64,000 nt of DNA from Octopus vulgaris (lineage: Eukaryota), in contig OX597823.1 in NCBI GenBank assembly GCA_951406725.2, positions 26,164,001 through 26,228,000 on the forward strand. Reading direction: 5' to 3'. The position numbers and the translations under genes were made by a program. Shown here one piece after another: positions 37,656 through 50,718 of this stretch; the stretch's first letter is position 1; each line of letters begins with the position of its first letter. The notes under the pieces are model-generated. The model saw only the letters and a list, made by a program, of their open reading frames with translations. It was not told the DNA's origin and searched no databases.

Positions 37656-40600
37656 ATATCATCGCCAATGAAATAAAATGCAATTCAACTCAGAATAGCT
37701 TTTACTTGAATGTTTTCTTGTCTTGTGTTTTCTAAAGGTAAAAAAAAAACAACAATAGTTATAATAGTAATTCCAACATATCTTAAGTTTTTACAAAACT
37801 TAGAACATAGATGGTAATTTTATTTTGCATTCAAAAGATTTTAAAATATATATTTTACACATACTTAAGAATTTGTATGGAAATAATTTATTGAAAATAC
37901 AAAAACTTTCAACACCCTGAGGTACTTTATAAGTTGATCCTTTTAGGTTTTTATTATTAAAATCTAAGGTCAATACCAATTGCTCTCTCTCTCTCTGATT
38001 CCTGATCTGTTTCAATAACATTTCTAGAACAGTTTCCCATTAAGATCAGGTTTAGTAAATATACTCAAGTTGTAGTTTTAATGTTATTGTTAACTTGTAC
38101 AAACTCTATATGTGTAACAGTGACTGACATTAAGATGAGAACCCCCACTTTTATTGTACATACAATGTGTAATGGTTTAGCCCTGTTTTAAAGTGGTGTT
38201 CACTATAGCTGTATGTATCTTCCATTAGTGTGGATGGCAGCCACTGTATGACACTGCATGATAAAGTGGAAATAAAAGCTAACAAACAATTGCCTGCCAA
38301 AAGAATTGTCTCCATGTGACTGCATCCCTCTTTCTGTTTAAGACTGTTTCTATCCCTAATTTTTCACAGCACTATCGCTCTCTCTTTTACTCATTTGAAT
38401 TTCATTCTTTCTTCAAACCTTGCTCTGCTTTGGCCATTGTGTCATTCTCATGTCATTTTCATAAACAAATCTTACATTTTTTTTCACCCTTTTTGTTGAG
38501 TGCTGCTTGTGTGCTTTACACAAGATGATACCTTTTGTGTGTTGGAGCAGGATTTCTTTGAATGTCAGCTTCTCACTATTTTATGTTGTTATTATTGCTT
38601 TTTTATTCCTTTTTTTTTTTTTAATCCTGAGAAGAAAGAATGTACACACAAGAATCAAATACTTTTTGCTTTTTATTGTTATCTTCGAGGATGTTTCTTT
38701 TTCCAATTTTTAATTTTTGCAAGTAGATTTACCGGCTCACCCAGTCTTTTGAGATATAATACTATTACAATAATTCTGTCTCTTTAGGTTCAGAGTGTGA
38801 ATCCAGGCATGGTTAACTTCGCTTGTCAACTTTCCAGAGTTGATAATTAAATACTTGTAACAAAATAGAATCAAATTCATTCACTAAAATCCCCACCCAC
38901 CCCCACTTAGAAATTGGCCTTGTACCTGACTAAGAAATCAATACCATGTATCGTGTATGAAAATAAAATATTTATTTCCTACACAGGAACAAGTCCACCA
39001 ATCTGTAAGGGAGGGACTAAATGAGTTTGTGTGACATCTTCCTCAAAGGAATTAGTAATGATGTTAATAAAAGAGAACGTAGCTCCAACGAAGAATGGAA
39101 ATGGGGTCACAAATTCAGCACAGTGGGATCTTCACTGTGTACGGAAATAAATTATTGATTTTTTTTGCAGGCACAAAACTAAGCCACAAATTTTTAGAGC
39201 AGGGGATGAGATAACATGGCATTCATGCATTTCCCGAGGGCATAAGTAATTTATATGCAGTACAATAAATGGTTCCAACTGGGCTACTCCCTCAACTTGG
39301 CATTATGTTTATTTTTCACTCTAACAGAAGGACTGCAGTTGATTAAGTTGACCTCAATTAAAAAAATGCAAATGCCCTTTAGCTACTAGGCTTAGTTTTA
39401 GTTCCATGGTGTTAAGTGGATGGGAGATAAATCTCCTCCTGGTTATTATGTTGCTGTATCTTAGGTAATACTGTCAGATCTAGTGGTATGTTGTGCTCCT
39501 GACCTGAGCAGATATGATAAGTAGTTGACCCCTAAAACACAAAAAGTTGGTTGTCCAAACCGATATTCTCTTGGCTGTCATATCTTTACAGTTTACCTCA
39601 CAGTATGCACCTGTCAATGTAATGCTTATTTATTCACATAAAAAAAAAAAAAAATTAATCCTGCATTATCTTGTAGCTTTGAGATATCAAAGATGTGATT
39701 TGTTTATTTTTAGAATGACATTGCTGAGTAGATGTGAAAGGCTTGGAACTGGGCAGGTTAATCACAAAACAGGTGGTATATTTGGGCTGGATATGACCAG
39801 TTTAAATGCTTATGGGTTAACTCAGTAGAGATGAAGGACAAAGGCAGTTCTGGTAGACTGAGCTCAGAATGCAGTGGGATAAATCAAAATACTGATGAAC
39901 ATTTGATTTTACTGCTTCTGGTACTTTGATATTGTCTTCTATAATGAAAACATGTTAAAGCAAAAATAACTACAAGATAGACATAATGTATTTAATCTCA
40001 TATTGTCTTCTGGGCCTATTGAAACAAAGCAATATATTATAATCAATTCATTCAATAATATCCTTTTAAGAAAGAAGGGTTTTGCTTACATAAAAGAGGT
40101 TAAAACTTGCGAATTAAGTTTTAGTGAACAGTTTTTTTTTACTGTTATTATCATTTTAATGTAATAAGTGTAATGAATACTGAGAAGAAATATGTTTTAG
40201 GAAAGACTAGTTGACAACATGTCCATAAGTTCAAAGTTTAACTAGGCTTATTGTCATAGACATAACCCTATTCACCTTACCAAACAAAAATAAGTTCCAC
40301 TCCTTGCCTCACAGTTGAGTTAGGTGAGAAAAGGGGCATCCAACTGTAAACAAAATTGGTTTAATGAAATAAGCCATGTAAGCATGGAAAAATAAATGTA
40401 AAACAGTGAAGCAACAAAAATCCTCAATAGAAAGAAAGAAATCAATTTTTGTTCATAATTTAAAAAAAGAGAACAATTTGAAAAATAAATAGCTTAAATA
40501 ATAGCAGATCAGCATTTCAATACAAAATCTTAATGTAATGTAAAATTAGATGTGGTTGTGTCAAATGATTGTATTTAAAATTGAGTCTTTTGCAGGGAGA

Positions 40601-41446
40601 ATTGTATTAAAAATGGATTTTTAAAGCATTTTTCTCTCTAATGGTGAAATATTTTCCTGTTGGTCAAGCATATATACATAACTGTTAGAATGTACTGTAT
40701 AGTGGCATCACTGGGCTTTGTTGAGATTGCAACAATAAACTGTTTGCTATTGCAAGCAGAGGAATTTAAGTTTTTACCAGCCATGTACTGCCATCCAAAG
40801 GCACACACTCTCTCTCTCTATATATATATATGTATGTACATGCATACGTATGTATTGGTGTTGCCCAGATATAGATTCTGTTTCTAACATAACTTTCAAA
40901 TTTATTTCTCACCAATACATCTAGGTTGAGTTTAAATGTAAAAACAGAATTTTTATTTGGGTTCTGGATCATTTAGTTGTGTACGAATTTACTTTTCATA
41001 TTTGTTGTTTTGCTTTGATTCATCCATGGAGGAAAGGTCAGTGGTTAATATTCTGTCACTGGTTTTTATTCTGACCATGGTGAAGATAATAATTGACAGT
41101 TGGGTCCATTTAGCTGTAAATAGACATAACATAGAGTAATTTAATTAATTGGAGAACTGTCACTGTGTTAAATTATATGCACAGTGTTATAAAAGTTGTC
41201 AGGCCTGTCCGGATTTTATTTTATATTTTCCATAAGCAGTAACAATGGCATTGCTTTGGTTGCTAGGACGAAGTAAATAAATCTGACAAGCCAAAACTGG
41301 TTGATCCCATTGCCTTTCCTGGTAAGTGAGAACCTTGTGGTTTAAACCACAGACACTGTTTTCACAGCAAGGTTAAATATTTTGTTTGTTAACTATATGA
41401 TAGGTGCACTGCAATGCTAAACATATGTTTATTGAATATATAAAAG

Positions 41447-41830
41447 GTGCAGGTGTGGCTATATGGTAAGAGATTTGCTTCTGAACCACATGGTTCTGGG
41501 TTCAGTTCTCCTATGTGATATCTTAGGCAAGTGTTTCTACTATAGCCTAGCGCTGACCAAAGCCTTGTGAGTGGATTTGGTTGACAGAAACTGAAAGAAG
41601 CCCTTTATGTGTGTGTGTGTGTTTGTCCCCCACCATTACTTGACAACCGGTGTTGGTGTGTTTACTTCCCCATAACTTAGTGGTTTGGCAAAACAGACTG
41701 ATAGAGTAAATAGCAGACTTAAAACGAAAATAAGTACTGGGGATGATTCATTGAACTAAAATTCTTCAAGGTGTTGTCCCAGCATGGTCGCAGTCTAATG
41801 ACTGAAACAAGTAACAGAAAGATAAAAGAA
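41447..41830 (+). mobile_element. SINE family A, full length
   Basis: Head GGTGCAGGTGTGGCT...GGGTTCAGTT, CORE-like block, tail CAGTCTAATGACTGAAACAAGTAA. Confidence 0.9.
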
Positions 41831-42444
41831 GGAAAGAATTGCAACTCCTTTAAAACTCTTGTGATGAGCATACTGTTAGGGTGCTGTGTTCATCATAATC
41901 ATTGTCATTTAACATCCGTTTTCCATGCTGGCATGGGTTAGACTACATGACTGAAAATTGGTAAGCTAGGAGGCTGCACCAGGTTCCAATCTAATTTGGC
42001 ATGGTTTCTAAGGTTGGATGTCCTTCCTAACGCCAACCACTCTGCTAGCACAGGTGCCAGTTGATCTTAACAAATATTGTTAGTGAAAAACCATAGGAAA
42101 AAGTATGTGTGGTTGTATTTGCATAATATATTTCAGCAAATATAATTCACTTCCAGTTCTACATTTAAGAGATAAGGAATTATGTACATTATTTACATTT
42201 GACAGATATTTGTCCTCATCTTGTTTGTTGTTAACACGTGTCGGCTGATATACCCTCCAGCCTTCATCAGGTGTCTTGGGGGAAATTTCAAACCTGGGTT
42301 TTCATTCCTAAGGTATTTTTTGATATTATTATCATTATTATTCTTTAGGTCACTGCCTGGAATTGAACTCGGAATCTTGGGGTTAGTAGCCCGCACGTTT
42401 AACCACAATGCCATATGCCTGATTAAGAATAAGAATAATATTAA

Positions 42445-43012
42445 TAATGACTGCCCTGATGCAGTACCAGGCAGTGGCTCTCATGGCTTCTGAACTTAAC
42501 TGATTGGAAGTGTTATCATGTACCTTGTTTTGTCTTGGTATAAATGATGGGCTACAGCAGTTATTCTGCTCAATACCACAGATTTGCTTGTCAGTTGTTT
42601 GACCATAACCAGTTGACCATGTCCCTTAGTAGCTGATGATATGTGCATCTCTGATCACGAGCAGAAGTAGTGGGGGAGCATCATAGCCATGTGTTGAGAG
42701 GGATATTTGGAGTTTGAATAATTCACCTCTGGAAACATGGGTATTTCATTCAACATCCTTAAACAACCTTTATTCAGGGACCTTTTGAGTGGGATGGGTT
42801 ACTTGACCAAAAGAAAATTCTAACTGGGCCCCACCTACAAGGTCATGTGCTGTTTATCTTGATATGAGATCACCATGTCGCGCACATATGGTTGTGATGC
42901 ATGTGTCTAGTGTACCCTTATCAGATGGGTAGTCATGATGGGTACACTAGGCTTCGTATATTTTACCCCAGTGTCACTTTGATGGCATGCACTGCTATCT
43001 CACTCAATAATA
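42445..43012 (+). mobile_element. Family C (AAT)n-associated retro-element
   Basis: High similarity to 13700-14203 (-); AATAAT at both ends. Confidence 0.75.
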
Positions 43013-43049
43013 ACATTGAAATGAGAACCCAGGTTTTAAATTTCCCTTA

Positions 43050-43095
43050 GACACCTGATGAAGGCTGGAGGGTATATCAGCCGAAACACTGTGTT
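43050..43095 (+). ncRNA. Minimal type I hammerhead ribozyme motif (mutated at the cleavage site)
   Basis: GACAC-CTGATGA-A-GGCTG(gagggtatat)CAGCC-GAAAC-ACT-GTGTT. A second copy lies on the minus strand at 42233-42275. Confidence 0.7.
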
Positions 43096-43751
43096 AACAA
43101 CAAACAAGATGAGGACAAATATCCATCAAATGTAAATAATGTATAATTCACTTCCGTTTCCATAAAACAATGTCAGCATGATGGAATTGAAGAGTGTTTT
43201 GTGTTACTTTCAGTATTTTCCTCCAATTGGAAAAGCTGTGTCTGTAAATGAACATCTTAGGTGTTTGTTTCTCATCTAATTAATGTTGAGTCAACTAGAG
43301 CTGTTAATTAGGCTTGTAGGTTCTTGATTTTTGGGGAATCATATATTTTACTTATGTAATAAAACGACTGTTTTGATACCATCACACTCTTACAAGAACT
43401 CACCTACCTGTCACTTGGTTATGACCTATCACTACTTTTGCTCTTCTGAACCCCACTCCTCACCTAAACCAGCTCCATGCACCTGTCTTTCTATCTCCTG
43501 TCAATGTTATTTGTTCTCTATCTTTATGCTTAACTGTCTCTTTTCCCAGACCTTCCCCTCCCTCTGTTTCAGTACCCCACTCTCTTACTAATCTGCTAGA
43601 ACAACTTTTTCTTTTTTTCTTTCCTACCACTAACTTACATGAACACCAGCTGAACAATAACTACACACTTTATTCCCCCTACTCTCTCCACCACCCCCTG
43701 TCTGCCTGACTCTCTCTCTCTTACACACTCCCAGCTTGGATGGGCTTAGAG

Positions 43752-44042
43752 CAGGGTTCCTCAGCCATTTTTTAACCATGGACCCCTTTGATTACTATTA
43801 TATTCTGGTGGACACCCTGTGGCCATTAGATGTTTAAAAAAACTAGTTTTATCAAAAGTTCTTTCAAAATCCCTATTTTGTCTTCCACACATTAACTTGT
43901 GTAGGTTGAATTATGTAAAATGTTAGAGAAAGAAACCTAGCTGTTTCTTGCAATACTTAAGATACTATTGTGGATCCCCAATGTACTATTTTGTTGTGCA
44001 GACCCCCAGAAATCTAATATGGACCCTAGTTGGGAATCACTA
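43752..44042. mobile_element. hAT-like MITE, decayed
   Basis: CAGGGTTCCTCAGC...GTTGGGAATCACT with repeated GGACCCC subterminal motifs; TSD degenerate. Confidence 0.55.
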
Positions 44043-44371
44043 AACTTGAGGGTCCATGGGCACTGGTTCTCTTGTTTTGATTAACCAGTACACAATATGT
44101 ATCCATGATTAAGTATTTTTTAAAATGTTTTTTTATTTTAAGCTGAAGGTGGTCAGAACAAATCAACGTGATTGTCTTTCATAGACTAAAACAAGGTCTT
44201 CAGTTCAATAAAACAGCATTTTTAATGTCCATATATAAAGTTAGTGGTGCTAACTGCCTGAAGTCTACCATAATCAAGTAATGAATTAAATCCAGATTTG
44301 AGACCTTGATTTCTTTACATAAGACAAATCAGTTTGGTAGTTGGTCTACTATTGTCATTAGATATTATTCT

Positions 44372-44750
44372 TTAACTTGTTTCAGTCATTTGACTGCTGC
44401 CATGCTAGAGCACTGCCTTTAGTTGAACAAATCAACCCCAGGACTTACTCTTTGTAAGCCTAGTACTTATTCTATCAGTCTCTTTTTGCTGAACCACTTA
44501 AACACACCAACAGCAGTTGTCAAGTGATGGTGGTGGGACAAACATGGACACACAAATACATACATATATAAGACTTTGATCAGCCCTAGGTTGTGGCAGC
44601 AGACACATGCCCAAAGTGCCACATAGTGGGATTGAACCTGGAACCATGTGGTTGGGAAGCAAGCTACTTACCATACAGCCACGTCTGTATCTATATACTC
44701 TTTTACTTGTTTCAGTCCTTTGACTGCGGCCATGCTGGAGCACCGCCTTT
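44372..44750 (-). mobile_element. SINE family A with internal deletions plus an extra tail fragment
   Basis: Tail at 44372, head ending ~44690, second tail at 44695-44750. Confidence 0.8.
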
Positions 44751-47044
44751 AAATATATGTTGATATATTTATCATATTTATCATACAGGATCGATGAAAC
44801 TAAATCTATGTGACTTTGTAACTTTATAGTGTCAACAAGGTTAAGTATGGTTGCTTTGAATAAATATAAGTTAATATGGGGACCAGATTTTGGCCTGTTT
44901 AAATTTTAAAAGGTTAAATGTTTGGAAAGCTCTCCTATTTAGAAAGCAAATTATGAAGAAAACTAGTGTGTGACAAATGATAAATTAACTTTATCTGATT
45001 ATATTGATGGTAAAGTATTTTCAAAGATCCTAGTTTCTCAGGTCCTTGATTATAGAATACAGGTGGAGGCACTGGTTCTGGGGACATTTCTACAAGGTTT
45101 TGATGCCATATTTGGCAAGTAATATTTTAGTAATATTTAACTTGCATGCACATCATCATAGACATTGTTTTCAAGTTTTATTTTTCCATTTTCGTATGAG
45201 TTTGATGTGTCTGCAAAGCAGTGTGTTGCTACTACTCTTCATCTTGTTCCGTTTCCTGTGTGAGGTTCAACACCATTTCCTTTCTCATGCCTTCTCAATT
45301 TTATCTTCAATACAGTTGCCTTCTGTTGTCATCATCATATTTTCTCTCTGTAAACTTTGTTTTAGTTTGACAATATTGTGACAGCAACATGGGGTTACTA
45401 TTCATAACAGAATCTTTCATACGATGTGCACATATACAATGCATACCTATGACTAAGAGTACATGTCACTTGCTTTTCTGGGCTTTACTCAAAGCTTTCC
45501 AATTGTTGGTCTCCTGTTTCTCTTACAAGTGTCATTTTAACTCAATAAAGCACATTATTTTATATATTATTCACATATTTGGTGTGTGTCTATCTAACTA
45601 TATCCATCCATCCATCTATATATCATCATCATCATCATTTAACGTCCACTTTCCATGCTAGCATGGGTTGGACGATTTGACTGAGGACTGGCGAACCAGA
45701 TGGCTGCACCAGGCTCCAATCTTGATCTGGCAGAGTTTCTACAGCTGGATGCCCTTCCTAATGCCATATATATATATATATATATATATAAGGGAAAAAG
45801 AAAATGGGAATTCATGAGATTCTTTATTCAGAAACACTATGATCGTTTCAACCCATCATGTACAGGTACCTTGCAGGTGAGCCGCTGTACAAACAGCTGT
45901 CATGCATTGTAGGTGCTGATGCATTTCCTCAGGTGATTTTTCAAAAAGTACCACATTTTTTTTTATTTGCTGTTTTGCTCATCCCTATAACAATACATTT
46001 TGGTAATCATAGTTTACAATACGTCAAGTGAAAAGAGTTTTGTGAATTCCATTTTCTTTCTCTCATTTTTTACAAACTCTACAGACATGAAGGAATTCCT
46101 GAAGTAAATCCAGTGGTGTATACCTCCATACATCAGGGAACTGAATACTGTGAAGGGGCTTTAAACAGCATGCTATACGGTGTATATCTGAATATAAAAT
46201 TATATATTCGCATGTATGCATGCATATATATATGAGAGAGCGATTGATATATTTGCAAAAACAACTTCTACTGACAATTAGTCAAGAGCAAGCTTAGTTT
46301 GTGACATGGTTACCAAGCTAAATGGTGTACCACTGATCACAACTATAGTTTCTTGGTGCAGCAGCCACACTGGTATGTCAGACATCTTGTCTTGTTGGAA
46401 TTTCAAACTGTCTGTGTTGGTAATTGATAGACAGCTTAAGGTCAGATTACTTACATTGCAATAAAGATGTGGCTTTGTTTGACTAATGGAAAAGCTATTT
46501 TATTTAGTTTGAAGTTTTAGCTATTCTCTTTTTTTCTTCATTCACTTTAAAGATCTTTCAACCTCTGTCAGTACTAAAGTAACAAATATTAACATCATTA
46601 TTATTATTATTATTATTATTATAGTTGTGGAATGGCAGAATTATTAGTGTCAGAGAAATGCAATGTGGTATTTGTTCAGGCTCTTTATATTTCCCTTCAA
46701 ATCCCTGCTGGGGTCAACTTTGCCTTTCATCTTTTCGGGGTTGATAAAATAAAATACCAGTTAAGTGCTGATGTTGATATAATTGTCTCTCCTCTCCTCT
46801 CCAGATTTCAAGCCTTACACCTATGTTAGACACAATTGTTATTATTATTAAGCCATGATAATTTGGTAGAATTTTTTGAGCATTGGAAAAAAATACCTTG
46901 ACATATGTCCTGGCTGTTTAGTTCTAAGATCAACTTTGCTTTTCATTTCTTCAGGTTCAGTAACATGAAGGAACCAGTCAAGTATTGGGGTCGGGTTAAT
47001 TGACTGACTCTCCGTTCTAAATTTCTGGCTTTGTGATAATGTAA

Positions 47045-47282
47045 GAGCCTGAGGAACTGGCACAAAGTAGATGTAGGCGTTTTTAAATCAAGGCTGGACC
47101 TCTTCCAGTTGAGTCCCAGATGAACCTACCTCACAGCAAGAAGTGCAAATGAGGGTAGCTACATCAGACTCCATTCTTCACCAAGTGCCACATATTGGCG
47201 GAGGATCTCAGTAATAACAGTGTAGCAAAACAGCGGTGCATCAGCATGTCTGCAGCTCTGAGCTGAAACTACAGAGAAAAAA
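47045..47282 (+). mobile_element. CR1 LINE 3' fragment
   Basis: Homologous to 21695-21935 (KLDLF...VPDEPTSQQEVQMR). Confidence 0.8.
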
Positions 47283-47532
47283 CAAGAAATATATATATAT
47301 ATATAAATACACACACACACATACACTCACACATATATATGCATATACATATAAATATACATATATATAAATGTATATACATGTAAATATACGTATACAT
47401 ATACATATGTATATACAGATACATGTATATGTATATACATATAAATATACATCTATATGTATGCATATGCATATATATGTATATAAGTATATACATATAA
47501 ATAAGTATATAAATACATATATATATACATAA

Positions 47533-47567
<35 letters not shown>

Positions 47568-47568
<1 letters not shown>

Positions 47569-48302
47569 CATCATCATCATCATCGTCGTTTAACGTCCGT
47601 TCTCCATGCTAGCATGGGTTGGACGGTTCGACCGGGGATCTGGGAAGCCAGAAGGCTGCACCAGGCTCCAGTCTTATCTGGCAGTGTTTCTACAGCTGGA
47701 TGCCCTTCCTAATGCCAACCACTCCGTGAGTGTAGTGGGTGCTTTTTACGTGCCACCTGCACAGGTGCCAGGCGAGGCTGGCAATGGCCACGGTCGGATT
47801 GGTGTATTTTATGTGCCACCGGCACGGAAGCCAGACGAGGCGGTGCTGGCATCGGCTACGAGTCGGATGGTGCTTTTTACGTACCACCAGACCAGGGATC
47901 CTGGCTGGTTCAATTCGATTTCGATTTCGCTTGCCCCAACATGTCTTCGCAAGCAAGGGGGTTGGCATGGGTGCCTGTTGTATGGTCAGATTGGTGTATT
48001 TTACGTGCCACCGGCACGGAAGCCAGTGGAGGCGGCACTGGCATCAGCCACGAGTCGGATAGTGCTTTTTACGTACCACCAGACCAGGGAACCTGGCTGG
48101 TTCGATTCGATTTCGCTTGCCCCAACATGTCTTCGCAAGCAAGGGGGTTGGCATGGGTGCCTGTCGTACAGTCAGATTTGTGTATTTTACGTGCCACCGG
48201 CACAGAAGCCAGTGGAGGCGGCGCTGGCATCGGCCACGAGTCGGATAGTGCTTTTTACGTACCACCAGACCAGGGATCCTGGCTGGTTCAATTCGATTTT
48301 GA
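47568..48302 (-). mobile_element. RTE 3' UTR with ~185-bp tandem triplication
   Basis: (CAT)n tail at 47568; units start at ~47792, ~47984 and ~48170. Confidence 0.85.
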
Positions 48303-48344
48303 CTTATATATATATATATATATGTATATATGTAAATATGTATT

Positions 48345-48375
<31 letters not shown>

Positions 48376-48377
<2 letters not shown>

Positions 48378-48637
48378 AAGGGTAAAGACCCCCTTCGGTC
48401 ATGAATGACCATGGGATTGCACCTAGAAAGTTACCCTCCTAGACACAAGTCCGGGCAAGGTTGTTTATAGAAGACCAGCAGTCGCCCATGCATACCAGCC
48501 TCCCCTCTCCACGCCACCAGTGTTACCCAAGGGAAAGACAAAGGTCGATACAGCTTGGCACCAGTGACGTCGCAACTCATATCTACAGCTGAGTGAACTG
48601 GAGCAACGTGAAATAAAGTGCCTTGCTCAAGAACACA
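48376..48637 (-). mobile_element. CORE-type SINE (family D), 5'-truncated
   Basis: Minus strand GTGTTCTTGAGCAAGGCACTT...CCAGTTCACTCAGCTGTAG..., ending TTTACCCTTTAC. Confidence 0.7.
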
Positions 48638-48669
48638 TATGTATGTATATTCATATATATACATACATA

Positions 48670-48710
<41 letters not shown>

Positions 48711-48991
48711 ATACTAGCAGTATCGCCCGGCGTTGCTCGGGTTGTAAGGGAAATAACTATATAAGCATTTTTAGAGAGTTATAGCCAAAAAGTAGCAAAA
48801 AAATGCATTAAAAATTGAAAAAAAATTAAGGTAAATTTTTCTTTAAATCGTTCACACATCGTAGATATTTTTAGAGAGTTACTTCCCTTATATAAAAGCG
48901 AAAAAAATGCATTAAAATGGAAAAAATGATGGTAATTTTTTTTTAAATCGTAGACTCATCGTAGACGCGCGCTAATACCCAGAAGGGCTCG

Positions 48992-49470
48992 TTTGTTATT
49001 CTGGGTAACTTTCTGTAAAATTAACAAAAATTTTGTTCAAACAACGCTATAGAAAATGGGTTATTAGCTAATATTCAATTGGGTATACAACAAAATTTTA
49101 CGATAGAATTTGTTATACTGGGTAAAATTATTAAAATTTTGTTCAAACATCGCTATAGAAAATGGGTTATTAGCTAATATTCAATTGGGTATACAACAAT
49201 ATTTTACGATAGAATTTGTTATTCTGGGTAACTTTCTGTAAAATTATTAAAATTTTGTTCAAACATCGCTATAGAAAATGGGTTATTAGCTAATATTCAA
49301 TTGGGTATACAACAAAATTTTACGATAGAATTTGTTATTCTGGGTAACTTTCTGTAAAATTATTAAAATTTTGTTCAAACATCGCTATAGAAAATGGGTT
49401 ATTAGCTAATATTCAATTGGGTATACAACAAAATTTTACAATAGAATTTGTTATTCTGGGTAACTTTCTG
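48992..49470. repeat. ~116-bp tandem repeat, 4 units plus a partial unit, inside the Helitron
   Basis: Units start at 48992, 49109, 49215, 49331 and 49447; unit 2 has a 10-bp deletion. Confidence 0.95.
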
Positions 49471-49559
49471 ATACCCATAATAATATTTATGGCAAAATAG
49501 GCCTTAATTTCATTTAAGGTTGTGAGAAATAACAAACTATCCTTTCTTTCGGTTTGTTT

Positions 49560-49760
49560 ACGTTTAGCGTAATGATTTCAAATAGGCTCATTCGAAAAAG
49601 TAAATAGAAATAGTCTAAGGCTTTACTCTTCTGGGAAAGTCTGTGGCTTGGTCCAGTTTCTTCAGAAAACTCACTGAAAGAAACAGTTTTTAAATTTTCA
49701 CTCCATTCAGGTACCAATTCGTTTTCTTTATCGCTGTCGGATTCACTGTTTTCACTTTAA
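49560..49760 (-). pseudogene. piggyBac (PGBD-like) transposase N-terminal fragment
   Basis: SENSESDSDKENELVPEWSENLKTVSFSEFSEETGPSHRLSQKSKALDYFYLLFRMSLFEIIT fits the acidic tract-W...F..GP...LDYFxLF...L..I pattern that precedes the piggyBac DDD domain. Confidence 0.7.
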
Positions 49761-50718
49761 TAGCTGCAAACTTGCAAAGACAAAGGAGGAGAAGGGTGAT
49801 AGCGTCAGTGAAACAATTCGCTCCCTTTGTGTGTGTGTGCGTTTGCGTGTGGTGTAAACCAGACTAAGAAAAGCATTTGACACACACACCAGAACGTGAG
49901 TTTTCTGTAAATTTTGCTTAATTGGAGTTTAAATTTTAAAAACTGGAGCTGGCATGACGCGATGCATTGTACTCTTAAAAATGCCAGGTAAATTGTAATT
50001 GAAGAAATCCTATATTGTAGATTTGTATAACTCCCAAAGGGAGGCAGATAAAATCTGCCTTTTATAATAAGAGATATATACACACACACATATATATTTA
50101 TATATACATACTTAAATGTACATACCTACAAATATATGTATATATGCATGCATATATGGGTACAGGACATCAAAACGTTGGAGACAATGAGAAATGAGAC
50201 ATGCAACATAAAGAATATTCCCCTTCAGAAGTTGTCCCTGTTTCATCTACTCCACGTTTCAAAGGCAAGGACAATGCACGACTTCGTTGAAACAGTCCTT
50301 CCTGCAAAGCAAATTAAATAAAATTTGGGATTTTTTGCTGAGGGTGAAAGTGGTAACAAGAACAGGACAGTGAGAACAAGACAGCAAAAACAAATGGTGA
50401 GAGCTGTGAAGCCAAGATGATAGGAAAATTATTATGAATACTAGGAAGGTGAGCTTATGAGAGGGAGACAGGTATAGGCACGTGTTGTCTTAAGGAAGGA
50501 AATGAGCAGAAAGATAGATTCCCTTTCGTCGCGTTTCGGTGACGAGAGAATCAAGGAGAAGAGTGAGAGAGAGGGAGTGGTGAAGAGAAGAGAAGAATAG
50601 GGAAGGGTGGGAGAGAAAACCAGAAAGAATGAAGGACGAGGAGAGAGATAGAAGAGCGCGCATCGTAATTATTAAGGTAAAACTTTCTTGGAAAAAGATG
50701 CATGGCGTTCAGTCATAA

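Larger units (their letters stand above)
42155..43141. mobile_element. Penelope-like insertion with inverted terminal repeat pieces and nested family C element
   Basis: 42176-42306 is inverted at 43020-43149; flanking direct repeat TATAATTCACTTCC (42141-42154, 43142-43155). Same family as the GIY-YIG-bearing copy at 57805-58600. Confidence 0.8.
48714..50074 (-). mobile_element. Non-autonomous Helitron
   Basis: 5' A|TCTCTTATTATAAAAGGCAG; 3' hairpin CCCGAGCAACGCCGGG then CTGCTAG|T; no TSD. Confidence 0.9.

Noticed and set aside
47606-48385. 259-aa ORF, the longest in the window
   Set aside because: Read-through of a tandemly triplicated RTE 3' UTR on the antisense strand; no protein motifs.
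48992-49470. Regular repeat array considered as CRISPR-like
   Set aside because: Units are contiguous and near-identical with no unique spacers; eukaryotic context and no cas genes.
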